Below are positions 44,594 through 53,723 of a stretch of DNA of 64,000 bases, piece after piece (position 1 is the stretch's first letter; each line of letters opens with the position of its first letter). Both the position numbers and the translations under genes were made by a program. Source of the DNA: Pseudoduganella sp. (GTDB lineage Bacteria; Pseudomonadota; Gammaproteobacteria; Burkholderiales; Burkholderiaceae_D); assembly GCA_039593355.1 (NCBI GenBank), contig JBCNPK010000011.1:25039-89038 (forward strand), given 5' to 3'. The notes under the pieces were generated by a model, which saw only the letters and a list, made by a program, of their open reading frames with translations, was not told the DNA's origin and did no database searches.

Positions 44594-46302
44594 GCCGCTA
44601 TCGTATCGTCGCGCCGCAGGTCTGTGCAAGCTTGCAGGATAAGGGTCTCAAGTTCTGGCAGCAGGGCGACCGCGGTTTGCAACTGGCCGGCGGCGCTGGC
44701 CTTTTCCAGTTGATGGCAGAGGGTGTGCAGTTCCGGCGCACTCAGGTAGCCGCAACTGCCTTTCAGGGCGTGGAAAGCGCTGGTGGCGCCTTCGCCGTCC
44801 CCGTTCTGCAGCGCTTCGCGGCCTTCGTTCATGCGGCGCGGCGCTTCTTCCAGGAAGGCCTGGGCGATGCGGTGCTGGTGGCGCAGCGTCATGCCGCTCA
44901 GGGGCAGGATGTGGATGGCCGGGCTGGCGGGCTCGACGCCGAACATATCGTCCAGCTCGGCGAGCGTGGGCGCGGTGCGCGGCAGCTGGCGGCCGCGGTT
45001 CAGCAATTGGGCGATGGTCTTTTCCAGCTGGTCGTACAGCAGCCTTTCGTCGACCGGCTTACTGAGGAAGCCGTCCATGCCGGCCGACAGGTAGTGGGCG
45101 CGGTCAAGGTCGCTGGCGTTGGCGGTCAGGGCGATGATCGGCACCAGCGGGTCGCGCACCGGAAGGTCCAGGCTGCCGCCGCGGCGAATCAGGCGCGCCG
45201 CCTGTTCGCCGTCCATCAGTGGCATGCGGCCATCCATCAGCACCAGGTCGAAATCCTGTTCGTTCAGGGCGCGCAGCGCTTCCTTGCCGTTTTCCACGAC
45301 GGACACTTCGTGGCCCATGCCTTCGAGCAGGGTGCCGATGATGATCTGGTTGGTTCGCACGTCTTCGGCGCACAGCACGCGCAGGCGGTGGGCGTGGCGC
45401 AGGTGGGCCGGCACGTTCAGCGGATCCTGTTCCGGCGGCCCGCCCAGGGCCAGCGGCAGCGAGAAGCGCAGCGTGGAGCCTTTGCCGAGGCGGGTGTCGG
45501 CTTCGATCTGGCCGCCCATCAGGTCGACCAGTTCCTTGCAGATGGCCAGGCCCAGGCCGGGGCCGTCTGCGCGGCGCGTGGAGGACAGGTCGGCCGGTTC
45601 GAACTTGCGGAACAGGCGAGGCAGCATGTCCAGCGGAATGCCGGGACCGGTGTCGGTGATGGAGAAGCTGACGCGCGCCAGCCCGTCCGTCGTTTCGCCC
45701 GAGGCGCGCAGGCGCACTTCGCCGCGCTCGGTGAACTTGATGGCATTGCCCAGCAGGTTGAGCAGGATCTGGCGAATGCGGTTGGGGTCGCCCTGCACAT
45801 GGCGCGGCAGGCCGGGCGCCAGTTCGCAGCGCAGCAGCAAGGCCTTGGCGTCGGCCTGCGGGCGCAGGATGGTGATGGCTTCGTCGATGATGTCGATCAG
45901 GTCCAGGTCCTGGGTGTTGATCGAGAGGCGGCCGGCGTCGATGCGCGAAAAATCGAGCAGGTCGTTAAGGATGGCGAGCAGGGCTTCGCTGTTTTTCAGG
46001 CCGATGCGCAGGTATTCGACCGTGCGGTCGGCGATGGTGCGGTCGCGCAGGGCAAACTTCAGCATGCCGATCACGCCGGCCAGCGGAGTGCGGATATCGT
46101 GGCTCATGGCCGCCAGAAAGTCGATCCGGTGGCGGCCGAGTTTTTCGTTTTGATCCTGGGTTTGCTTGAGGGCGGCTTCACGAGCCGCCAGCTGCTTCTT
46201 TAGGTGGCGGTTCTCCCATATCAGAAGGATAAACGCCGCCAACCCCAGGATGATTAACAGGGGCGCTGCTGTTTGAATAAGCGATGCAAACGAAGAAGGC
46301 AA
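44590..46302 (-). CDS. hybrid sensor histidine kinase (TM - HisKA - HATPase - REC - Hpt) without an extracytoplasmic sensor domain
   Basis: A single N-terminal TM (APLLIILGLAAFILLIW) and a coiled coil, then the H-box FLAAMSHDIRTPL, N/G boxes (LLNLLGNAIKFT, DTGPGI), REC (VLCAEDVRTNQ...DLVLMDGRMPLMDG) and Hpt (FHALKGSCGYL). It has a TTG start with GGAG upstream. Confidence 0.85.
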   Translation of the reverse strand: MPSSFASLIQTAAPLLIILGLAAFILLIWENRHLKKQLAAREAALKQTQDQNEKLGRHRIDFLAAMSHDIRTPLAGVIGMLKFALRDRTIADRTVEYLRIGLKNSEALLAILNDLLDFSRIDAGRLSINTQDLDLIDIIDEAITILRPQADAKALLLRCELAPGLPRHVQGDPNRIRQILLNLLGNAIKFTERGEVRLRASGETTDGLARVSFSITDTGPGIPLDMLPRLFRKFEPADLSSTRRADGPGLGLAICKELVDLMGGQIEADTRLGKGSTLRFSLPLALGGPPEQDPLNVPAHLRHAHRLRVLCAEDVRTNQIIIGTLLEGMGHEVSVVENGKEALRALNEQDFDLVLMDGRMPLMDGEQAARLIRRGGSLDLPVRDPLVPIIALTANASDLDRAHYLSAGMDGFLSKPVDERLLYDQLEKTIAQLLNRGRQLPRTAPTLAELDDMFGVEPASPAIHILPLSGMTLRHQHRIAQAFLEEAPRRMNEGREALQNGDGEGATSAFHALKGSCGYLSAPELHTLCHQLEKASAAGQLQTAVALLPELETLILQACTDLRRDDTIAA

Positions 46303-46401
46303 ACTAAGTCATCTCCACAATATCAATAATTGTAATGGACAAACCGGGTCTGGATGATAACGAATTGTTATGCCCGTGTAGCGTCGTGTATGATCTTGTC
46401 T

Positions 46402-47031
46402 ATGCTAATTTCTCCTGAACAAGGGCTGGCTTTCCTCGCCGCCGCCATGCTGATTACCGTTTCACCCGGTCCCGATAACCTGATGGTATTAAGTATGGGC
46501 ATGTCCCGTGGGCGCAAGCAGGGTGTGGTCTTCGGCCTCGGCTGCGCGCTCGGTTGCCTCAGCCATACGCTACTGGCGGCCCTTGGTGTGGGCGCCCTGA
46601 TTGCGGCTTCGCCGACCGCTTTTACCGCGCTGAAGGTGGCGGGTGGACTGTACCTGATCTGGATGGGGATTGGCGCACTGCGCAGCAAGGGCGGGGCGCA
46701 GGTGGGCCAGGCGGCCCTGCCTTCGGAATCCCTGCGCAAGCTGTTTGCCAAGGGATTGTTCGCCAATGCGATCAATCCCAAGGTGGTGCTGTTCTTCCTG
46801 TCCTTCCTGCCGCAATTCGTGGTGGCGGGGCGCGGCGACGCCAGCTGGCAGACGGCGCAGCTCGGGCTGATCTTCACCTTGCAGGCTTGCCTGCTGTTCG
46901 GGACGCTGGGCTATTTCTCGGGCGCGGTGGGCCGGTGGATCAACCGCAATCCGCGCGCCGGGCTTTGGCTGGACCGCGGCGCGGGCGCGATTTTTGTCGG
47001 CCTGGGCTTGCGGCTTATCGTCGCGCGCTGA
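46402..47031 (+). CDS. LysE/RhtB family amino-acid efflux protein
   Basis: The N-terminal FLAAAMLITVSPGPDNLMVL motif is typical of LysE translocators. About 209 aa from ATG 46402; upstream in-frame ATGs exist at 46354 and 46390. Confidence 0.8.
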   Translation: MLISPEQGLAFLAAAMLITVSPGPDNLMVLSMGMSRGRKQGVVFGLGCALGCLSHTLLAALGVGALIAASPTAFTALKVAGGLYLIWMGIGALRSKGGAQVGQAALPSESLRKLFAKGLFANAINPKVVLFFLSFLPQFVVAGRGDASWQTAQLGLIFTLQACLLFGTLGYFSGAVGRWINRNPRAGLWLDRGAGAIFVGLGLRLIVAR

Positions 47032-47686
47032 TCGCGAACTTCAATTCCAGCTCGTCTTTCACGGACAGGGCGCCGCCGAACACGGCGAAAGGCTTGATGC
47101 CGAAATCGCTCTGTTTGACGGTGAAAGCGCCGGTCGCCAGGACCTTGGCGCCTTCTTCCTTCAATTGCAGCGGGACCAGGTATTCATGGCTTACCCCATG
47201 CAGGGTGACCTGCGCCTTCAGCACATCACGCGCCCCCGGCGCCAGCACGGCACGTACCACGACCGATGGATAGGCATCGGCTTGCAGCACCTTGCTGAAC
47301 ATATTGTGGCGTGTGCCTTCGATGGCGTCCGCGGACGGCTGCGTCTCCAATCCGGCCTCCTTGCGCAGCGCCGCTTCATCCACCGTCAATTGATCGAGGC
47401 GGAAGCGCAATTCGGTGCGGCCCTGGGCCAGATCCACGAATCCTTCGATCTGGCGCGTGGCGACCACATGATCATGGCCCATGCGCGCCAGCGGGCCGCT
47501 GCGGCGAACCGTAATGGCGATCAGTGATTCTCCGGCGACAATCTGGTGCGCCGACGCATTCGCTTGCAGCGCGGGTTCCGGTTTGGGCTGCAGTGGCGTT
47601 GCGGGCGGAGTGGTGCAGGCGCAAATAGCCATTACCGCCGCTAATAAAGCGGTCTGGACGGCTAATTTGTATTTTTTTTCCCGCAT
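47015..47686 (-). CDS. YceI-like lipoprotein
   Basis: Lipoprotein-type signal (LLAAVMAICAC) followed by a YceI-like body (VTLHGVSHEYLVPLQL...FTVKQSDFGIKPF). Confidence 0.75.
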   Translation of the reverse strand: MREKKYKLAVQTALLAAVMAICACTTPPATPLQPKPEPALQANASAHQIVAGESLIAITVRRSGPLARMGHDHVVATRQIEGFVDLAQGRTELRFRLDQLTVDEAALRKEAGLETQPSADAIEGTRHNMFSKVLQADAYPSVVVRAVLAPGARDVLKAQVTLHGVSHEYLVPLQLKEEGAKVLATGAFTVKQSDFGIKPFAVFGGALSVKDELELKFAISARR

Positions 47687-47803
47687 TGTGACTATTGGAG
47701 AGTTTCTATTATAAAAATTGTACTATCTTATACGAAGTCAGGACGTTTTAGTTTTATGGGTAATCGCTGCGTCATATTCGCGAGTGATTATCTGCCTTGC
47801 ACT

Positions 47804-47860
47804 TTCAAATCTCTCCCGATTTGAATCCCTTCACCCGCGCAAAGTCGCGGGTATTTTTTT
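47804..47860 (+). ncRNA. candidate small RNA 3' module: hairpin with CU-rich loop plus intrinsic terminator (5' end undefined)
   Basis: TTCAAATC-TCTCCC-GATTTGAA hairpin (47804-47825), CU-rich linker TCCCTTC, then ACCCGCG-CAAAGT-CGCGGGT followed by ATTTTTTT (47833-47860). The T-run is on the plus strand only. No plus-strand gene lies upstream that it could terminate. Confidence 0.3.
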
Positions 47861-47956
47861 CCCGGTTATTTATGATCCTTAATGAAGTCCTAAGCCTCGG
47901 TCCGTGAAAAGCTGGCAAAGTACATCCATAGCGTACAGCATCCCTGTGCGCCGGGT

Positions 47957-48051
47957 TGCCGGATTCCTCAATCCGGCACGGTTTCTTTCTTCTATCCCCG
48001 CGCCCTAAAAAGCGTTTTTTACCGGCCCCCCAATCGGCCGGTTTTTTTTTT
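47957..48051 (+). ncRNA. second candidate small RNA or 5' leader/attenuator of the GST gene
   Basis: TGCCGGATT-CCTC-AATCCGGCA hairpin (47957-47978), CU-rich stretch TTTCTTTCTTCTATCCCC, then ACCGGCC-CCCCAATC-GGCCGGT followed by about 9 T (48021-48051). It ends 43 nt upstream of ATG 48094. Confidence 0.3.
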
Positions 48052-48093
48052 GCCTGCCGGGGTATGCTGTGCGCGAAACTCCTGGAGATCTCG

Positions 48094-48792
48094 ATGATCG
48101 ATTTGTACACCGCTGCGACGCCGAATGGCCACAAGATTTCAATCGCATTGGAAGAGCTGTCTCTGCCATATGAAATGCATGTGCTCGATTTGGGCAAAAA
48201 TGTGCAGAAGGAGCCCTGGTTCACCGCAATCAACCCGAACGGGCGTATTCCCGCCATTATCGACCGCGCCAACGGCGACTTTGCGGTGTTCGAATCGGGC
48301 GCCATCCTGGTTTACCTGGCGGAGAAAACCGGCCGTTTGATGCCGCAGGACGTCAAGGGCCGCTCGCTGGTGATGCAATGGCTGATGTTCCAGATGGGCG
48401 GCATCGGACCGATGATGGGCCAGGCCAATGTGTTCTACCGTTATTTTCCCGAAAAAATCCAGCCCGCGATCGACCGCTACCAGGGCGAATGCCGGCGCCT
48501 GTTCCGCGTGCTGGACCGCCAGCTGGAACACCACGAATTCCTGGCCGGCGATTATTCGATTGCCGATATCGCCAACTGGGCCTGGGTGCGCACGCACCGC
48601 TGGTCCGGCGTGGAAACGGAGGGCTTGCCGCATTTGCAGCGCTGGCTCCGGCAGATCCGTTCGCGGCCCGCCGTGCAGCGCGGCATCGAGCGCCCGCCCA
48701 GCAATGTGTTGGTTCGTGCTGACAGCCAGGAGAAAGTGGAACAATTTGCCGCCGAAGCGCGCAAAATGCTCGAAACAGGCCAGTCGCGCTGA
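48094..48792 (+). CDS. yfcG: glutathione S-transferase, YfcG/Nu-class disulfide reductase type
   Basis: [22 protein letters not shown]...[13 protein letters not shown]...[15 protein letters not shown]...[16 protein letters not shown] is colinear with E. coli YfcG as I remember it. GGAG lies upstream of ATG 48094. Confidence 0.85.
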   Translation: MIDLYTAATPNGHKISIALEELSLPYEMHVLDLGKNVQKEPWFTAINPNGRIPAIIDRANGDFAVFESGAILVYLAEKTGRLMPQDVKGRSLVMQWLMFQMGGIGPMMGQANVFYRYFPEKIQPAIDRYQGECRRLFRVLDRQLEHHEFLAGDYSIADIANWAWVRTHRWSGVETEGLPHLQRWLRQIRSRPAVQRGIERPPSNVLVRADSQEKVEQFAAEARKMLETGQSR

Positions 48793-48812
48793 TGATTTTA
48801 TAAGGAGACCGA

Positions 48813-49436
48813 ATGAAGCTGTACACCGCCGCACGTGCCCCCAACCCACGCCGCGTCGCCATGTTCATGGCGGAGAAGGGCATCGCGATCGATTTGCAGG
48901 CGGTCGACCTGGGCAAAGGCGAGCATCGCAGCGAGAGCTACCTGGCCTTGAATCCTTTCGGCCGCGTGCCGGCGCTGGCGCTGGACGATGGGCGCATCCT
49001 GACCGAAACCCGCGCCATCTGCACCTACCTTGAAGGGCTGCACCCAACGCCGAACCTGATGGGCGAAGGCTTCGAGGAGCGCGCCTTCATCGAAATGGCC
49101 GACCGCCGCATGGAGCTGCACCTGCTCGCGATCGCGGCCAACAGCATACGCCACGGGCATCCCGGCTTCGCCTCGCTCGAGAATCCGCAGTTCCCCGAGT
49201 TCGGCGCGTCCCAGGGCGACAAATTCCGCGAAAACGCAGGCTGGCTCGATGGGGTACTCGCCGTACAGCCTTTCGTGGCGGGGCAGCGTTTCACCATCGC
49301 CGACATCACCGCGTTCTGTGCGATGGACTTTGCCCGAGGCCTGATGAAATTCCGCCCGTCCGACGCGGGGCTGGCCAACCTCCAGGCCTGGCGCGACCGC
49401 ATCGCCGATCGCCCTAGCGCCAGCGCCGGGACTTGA
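48813..49436 (+). CDS. glutathione S-transferase family protein
   Basis: N-terminal thioredoxin-like GST fold (MKLYTAARAPNPRRVAMFMAEKGI...LNPFGRVPAL) and a C-terminal helical GST domain. Confidence 0.85.
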   Translation: MKLYTAARAPNPRRVAMFMAEKGIAIDLQAVDLGKGEHRSESYLALNPFGRVPALALDDGRILTETRAICTYLEGLHPTPNLMGEGFEERAFIEMADRRMELHLLAIAANSIRHGHPGFASLENPQFPEFGASQGDKFRENAGWLDGVLAVQPFVAGQRFTIADITAFCAMDFARGLMKFRPSDAGLANLQAWRDRIADRPSASAGT

Positions 49437-50209
49437 CCGTGGCGAGTTTGCGCCAACCGCGGCGTCGGCGCCTGCTGGCCGGTTTGGCCGCCATGCTGGC
49501 GCTGGCCACGGTTCCGCTGCGGGCCAGCAGGCTGCGCCCCTTGCGGGCAGTGGCGCTGGCCATCGTCCCCTATGGGAAGCTGGAAGCCAACGGCCACAAG
49601 TCGGGGCTGTTTGTCGAGGCGTTCGAATTGCTCGAGCGCGTGTCGGGCCGCCATATCGAAGTCACGGTCGCGCCGTATGCCCGCGCCATCGCGATGCTGC
49701 GCTCGGGCGAGGCCGACTTGATGATCGCCACGTCCAACCCGCTCATCGCGGAAGCGGCCGAACCGATGGGCATGCTTTGGGCGGCCGATGTCATCGCGAT
49801 CGCGCGGCAAGGCGTCAAGCTCGAAGGCCAGGAGGATTTGCGGGGACGCACGGTCGGCATGCTGCGCGGATCGGATTACGGCGCCGCATTCCTGGACGAT
49901 GCGGAATACCGCCGGCATGAGATCACCGACCAGGTGCAGGGCGTGCGCATGCTTCTTGAGGGGCGGCTCGACGCCACGCTGGGAACGCGCCTGGCGGTGT
50001 TCCATGCCATGCGCCTGCTGGGCGTGCCGCGCGCGCGGCTCGGAACTTCGATCTCCGTGCAGGCGCGCGAAATCCACCTCCACCTTGGCCGCCGCAGCGC
50101 CGACGATGCGCTGGAAACCCAACTGCGGCAAGCGGTCCAGGAGATGCGCAGCAGCGGCAAGGCCGAAGCTTTGCTGGCTAAATACCTGGCCGGGCTGCCC
50201 TTGGCCTGA
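49433..50209 (+). CDS. periplasmic substrate-binding domain protein (SBP family 3-like)
   Basis: Arg-rich signal (RQPRRRRLLAGLAAMLALA) plus an SBP_bac_3-like body (PYARAIAMLRSGEADLMI...). The TTG start overlaps the GST stop. No cognate permease is adjacent on this strand. Confidence 0.6.
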   Translation: MTVASLRQPRRRRLLAGLAAMLALATVPLRASRLRPLRAVALAIVPYGKLEANGHKSGLFVEAFELLERVSGRHIEVTVAPYARAIAMLRSGEADLMIATSNPLIAEAAEPMGMLWAADVIAIARQGVKLEGQEDLRGRTVGMLRGSDYGAAFLDDAEYRRHEITDQVQGVRMLLEGRLDATLGTRLAVFHAMRLLGVPRARLGTSISVQAREIHLHLGRRSADDALETQLRQAVQEMRSSGKAEALLAKYLAGLPLA

Positions 50210-51245
50210 GCCTTCCCACCATCCCGCTCGGGAAGAAGTAGATGGCGAGAATGAACAGTATGCCGAGCCACAACAGCCAGCGGTCCGGATGCAGGGCTGC
50301 CTGCAGCAATGGCAGGCCGGCCAGGCCGCCGGCGGCATGCGCCATCAACGATTTCAGGTAGTTGTTGGCCAGGATGAACAGCGCGGCGCCGATCACGGAG
50401 CCGTACATGGTGCCCATGCCGCCGATGACGACGATCAGCAGGATGTCGGTCATGACTTCGAAGCCAAGCGTGGTCCTGGGGCCGACATAGCGCAGCCACA
50501 GCGCCAACAGCGCTCCGGCCAGTGCGGCCGCCAGCGCCGCGATGCAGTTGGCGGCAATGCGGTACAGCACGGTGCGGTAGCCCAGGGCCTCGGCGCGGAA
50601 TTCGTTCTCGCGGATCGCCTGCAAAACGCGGCCGAACGGGGAATTGACCACCCGCAGCAGGGCCAGGAAAATCAGCGCGGCGCAGAAAAAGACGATGTAG
50701 TAGGTGAGTACCTTGCCGTCGACGATGCGGCCCATGAATTCGCCGAACTCGTTGGCGGGCGAGAGCAGCTCGGGTACGTCGAAAGTCTTGCCGTCTTCGC
50801 CGCCGGTCCAGCCGGACATCTGCGAGGCCAGCACCGCGAACGACGACGCCACCGCCAGCGTGATCATGGCGTAGAAGATGGCGCGCACGCGCAGCGCAAA
50901 CAGGCCGATGACGAAGGCCAGGGCCAGCGTCAGCACAAGTGCGGCGGCAAGCCCCAGCGCCATGCCGCTCCAGGTGGGGATGGGCTTGTCGAAGCCCAGG
51001 CCGACACCATAGGCGCCGATGCCAAAAAACATGGTGTGTGCGAAGGACACGATGCCGGTATAGCCTAGCAGCAGGTCGTAGGAGGCTACCAGCACGATGT
51101 AGATGCAGATGGTGGCGGCCGTGTTCAGCGGCCGTACTCCGGTGGTGATGAAGGGCGCGAGCGCAAGGCCCAGCAGCACCAGCAGGAGCAGTGCGGACAG
51201 GGCGCGGCTGCGCGGCAGGTCGCCGGAAAGCAGGGTATTCAGCAT
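50178..51245 (-). CDS. branched-chain amino acid (HAAT/Liv-type) ABC transporter permease, LivM-like
   Basis: 355-aa polytopic ORF with LivM-like LLGYTGIVSFAHTMFFGIGAY. It is the last gene of the minus-strand ABC operon. Confidence 0.85.
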   Translation of the reverse strand: MLNTLLSGDLPRSRALSALLLLVLLGLALAPFITTGVRPLNTAATICIYIVLVASYDLLLGYTGIVSFAHTMFFGIGAYGVGLGFDKPIPTWSGMALGLAAALVLTLALAFVIGLFALRVRAIFYAMITLAVASSFAVLASQMSGWTGGEDGKTFDVPELLSPANEFGEFMGRIVDGKVLTYYIVFFCAALIFLALLRVVNSPFGRVLQAIRENEFRAEALGYRTVLYRIAANCIAALAAALAGALLALWLRYVGPRTTLGFEVMTDILLIVVIGGMGTMYGSVIGAALFILANNYLKSLMAHAAGGLAGLPLLQAALHPDRWLLWLGILFILAIYFFPSGMVGRLRPRAARPGI

Positions 51246-51246
51246 T

Positions 51247-52236
51247 TCATTTCCTCGACAGGCCGGCGGGGCGCCACAGCAGGATGGCGATCATCAGCAC
51301 GATATGGGACACCAGCGCGAGTTTCGGCGCCAGGAAGCCGGCGTAATTGGCGCTCAGCGCCATCAGCAGCGCGCCGATGAAACAGCCGCCCACCGAACCG
51401 AGGCCGCCGATGATGACGGTGATGAAGACCATGACCATCACTTCGCCGCCCATCGATGCAGTCAGGGTTTCCTTGTAAAGTCCCCACATCACGCCGCCCA
51501 GCCCGGCCAGCGCGGAGCCGGCGGCGAATACCGCCACGAACAGGCGGCGGATGCGGTAGCCGAGCGCTTCCACCATTTCGCCGTTTTCGACGCCGGCGCG
51601 TATCAGCAGGCCAAGCTTGGTGCGGCTCAGCAGCAGGGTGAGGCCGATGAACACCAGCAGGCCGACCACCACCGCCAGCAAGCGGTATTTCTCGATGGCC
51701 GCGTCGCCCAGCACAATGGCGCCGCGCAGGGCCGTCGGCAGCGGCATCGGCTGCTGTTCGGCGCCCCAGATGACCTGGATCAATTGTTCGACCACGATCA
51801 TGCCGCCCATCGTGATCAGGATCTGTTTCAGGTGCTGGCCGTAGACGGGCATGATGACCAAGCGCTCGAACAGCCAGCCAAGCAGCGCCGTCACCGCCAT
51901 CGCCAGCGCGATCGCCAGCCCGAGCGCGGCCAGGTTCATGCCGAGGGAATCGGCTTCCATCCAGCCACGCATCGGCAGCAGGACCAGGGTCGCGGCGAAG
52001 GCGCCGACGGAGACAAAGGCGCCGTGGCCGAAGTTCAGTACGTCCATCAGCCCGAATACCAGCGTCAGGCCGCTGGACATGATGAAGATCATCATCCCCA
52101 TCGCCAGGCCTGCCACGGTCAGGGTGACCCAGGTCGGCATGCTGCCGACCAGGGGCAGCATGGCCAGCATCAGTGCCGGCACCAGCAGCGTTGGCAGGTA
52201 GTCCTTCGGGACGGTGGGCAGTGCAGTGTCGCTCAC
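51247..52236 (-). CDS. Liv-type ABC transporter permease, LivH-like
   Basis: 329 aa; the LTLVFGLMDVLNFGHGAF motif is typical of LivH. Confidence 0.85.
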   Translation of the reverse strand: MSDTALPTVPKDYLPTLLVPALMLAMLPLVGSMPTWVTLTVAGLAMGMMIFIMSSGLTLVFGLMDVLNFGHGAFVSVGAFAATLVLLPMRGWMEADSLGMNLAALGLAIALAMAVTALLGWLFERLVIMPVYGQHLKQILITMGGMIVVEQLIQVIWGAEQQPMPLPTALRGAIVLGDAAIEKYRLLAVVVGLLVFIGLTLLLSRTKLGLLIRAGVENGEMVEALGYRIRRLFVAVFAAGSALAGLGGVMWGLYKETLTASMGGEVMVMVFITVIIGGLGSVGGCFIGALLMALSANYAGFLAPKLALVSHIVLMIAILLWRPAGLSRK

Positions 52237-52245
52237 TGTCGCTCC

Positions 52246-52968
52246 TTATTGATGTGAGTCCAGGGCCAGGCCAAGCAGGCGTTCCTGAAGGGCGCGATCG
52301 CTTGCCAGTTCGGCCATGGCGCCGCTGTGAACGATGCGGCCGTCGTCCATCACGGCCACGGTATCGCCCAGCTGGCGCACGAAGTTGAAGTTCTGCTCCA
52401 CCAGCAGCACCGTGCTCTGGCCTTTAAGCTGGCGGATGGCGTCGGCCAGGCTCTGGATGATGGCCGGCGCCAGGCCCTTGGTCGGTTCGTCGATCAGCAG
52501 CAGCTGGCGCGGCTCGATGATGGCGCGTGCAATGGCGACCATCTGCTTCTGGCCGCCCGACAGGTTGCCGGCCGGGTAGTTCCAGAACTTCTTCAGCGCC
52601 GGGAAGAAGGAGAAGATCCATTCCAGGCGCGCCGTGTCCATTGGGCCGCTGCGGGCAGCAAGGTGCAGGTTCTCGCGCACGGTCAGGCCGCTGAATACGG
52701 CCATCGATTCGGGCACGTAGGCGATGCCTGCCTGCGCAATATCCGGCGTGCGCAGCCCGCCGATGTCGCGGCCGTTGAATTCGACCCTGCCGGCGCTGGC
52801 CTGCCACAAGCCCATGATGGTGCGCAGGGTGGTGCTCTTGCCGGCGCCATTGCGCCCCAGCAGGACTGTCAGGCCGCCGCGCGGCACCTCCAGGTCGACC
52901 CCTTGCAGGATGTGGTATTCGCCGATGTGCGTATGCACACCGGTGAGCTTGAGCAGGGCGTCAGTCAT
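52246..52968 (-). CDS. Liv-type ABC transporter ATP-binding protein, LivF-like
   Basis: Start at ATG 52968 (8-nt overlap with the upstream gene). Walker A GRNGAGKST, signature LSGGQKQMVAIA, Walker B LLLIDEP. Confidence 0.85.
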   Translation of the reverse strand: MTDALLKLTGVHTHIGEYHILQGVDLEVPRGGLTVLLGRNGAGKSTTLRTIMGLWQASAGRVEFNGRDIGGLRTPDIAQAGIAYVPESMAVFSGLTVRENLHLAARSGPMDTARLEWIFSFFPALKKFWNYPAGNLSGGQKQMVAIARAIIEPRQLLLIDEPTKGLAPAIIQSLADAIRQLKGQSTVLLVEQNFNFVRQLGDTVAVMDDGRIVHSGAMAELASDRALQERLLGLALDSHQ

Positions 52969-53719
52969 GGCTTGCGGTTCCCAGGTAGGCTTCCTGCACG
53001 ATGGCGGAGGACATGACGGCGGCGGGTTCGCCATCCGCCACCAGCGCGCCGTTGTGCAGCACGATGATGCGGTCGGCCAGCGCGCGAACGACGTCCATTT
53101 TGTGTTCCACCAGCAGGACCGCCTTGTTGCGCTCCGCCTTGACCTGGTGGATCAGTTCCAAGACCACCGGTACTTCGTCCACGCTCATGCCGGCGGTCGG
53201 CTCGTCGAACATCATCACGTCGGGCTCCAGGGCCAGCATGATGGCCACCTCCAGCTTGCGCTTGTCGCCGTGCGGCAGGGCTGCCACCAGCATATCGCGC
53301 CGCCCGGCCAGCGCCACGCGCTGCAGGTAGTGGTCGGCGCGTTCGATCAGGTCCTTGTGGCTGGACCAGATCGTCCACAGCTTCATGCCCGCGTTGGCGC
53401 GCGCCTGCACCGCCAGCCGCACGTTTTCGTGCACGGTCAGATGGGGGAACAGGTTGGTCAGCTGGAAGGCGCGGCCGATTCCCTTGCGGGTGCGGCTTGC
53501 CGGGCCGTTGCGGGTGATGTCTTCGCCGCGCAGCAGCACTTGTCCGCTGGTGGCGGGCAGCTGGCCGGACACCAGGTTGAAATAGGTGGTCTTGCCGGCG
53601 CCGTTGGGGCCGACGATCACCGTCAGCTGGCCGGCATGGAAATCGGCGCTGACGTTGTCGACGGCCGTGTGGCCGCCGAAGCGAATGGTCAGCCCGCGTG
53701 TGGACAGCAATGGAGTCAT
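52961..53719 (-). CDS. Liv-type ABC transporter ATP-binding protein, LivG-like
   Basis: Walker A GPNGAGKTT, FQLTNLFPHLTVHENV, and PHGDKRKLEVA in place of the LSGG signature, as in LivG. Confidence 0.85.
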   Translation of the reverse strand: MTPLLSTRGLTIRFGGHTAVDNVSADFHAGQLTVIVGPNGAGKTTYFNLVSGQLPATSGQVLLRGEDITRNGPASRTRKGIGRAFQLTNLFPHLTVHENVRLAVQARANAGMKLWTIWSSHKDLIERADHYLQRVALAGRRDMLVAALPHGDKRKLEVAIMLALEPDVMMFDEPTAGMSVDEVPVVLELIHQVKAERNKAVLLVEHKMDVVRALADRIIVLHNGALVADGEPAAVMSSAIVQEAYLGTASHD

Positions 53720-53723
53720 CGGT

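Noticed and set aside
47805-48305. 166-aa minus-strand ORF, and the 46-codon upstream extension of the GST ORF (47956-48093), both spanning the intergenic region
   Set aside because: Both run through the two intrinsic terminator hairpins and poly-T/poly-A tracts. The GST homology begins exactly at [14 protein letters not shown] (ATG 48094, with a GGAG upstream).
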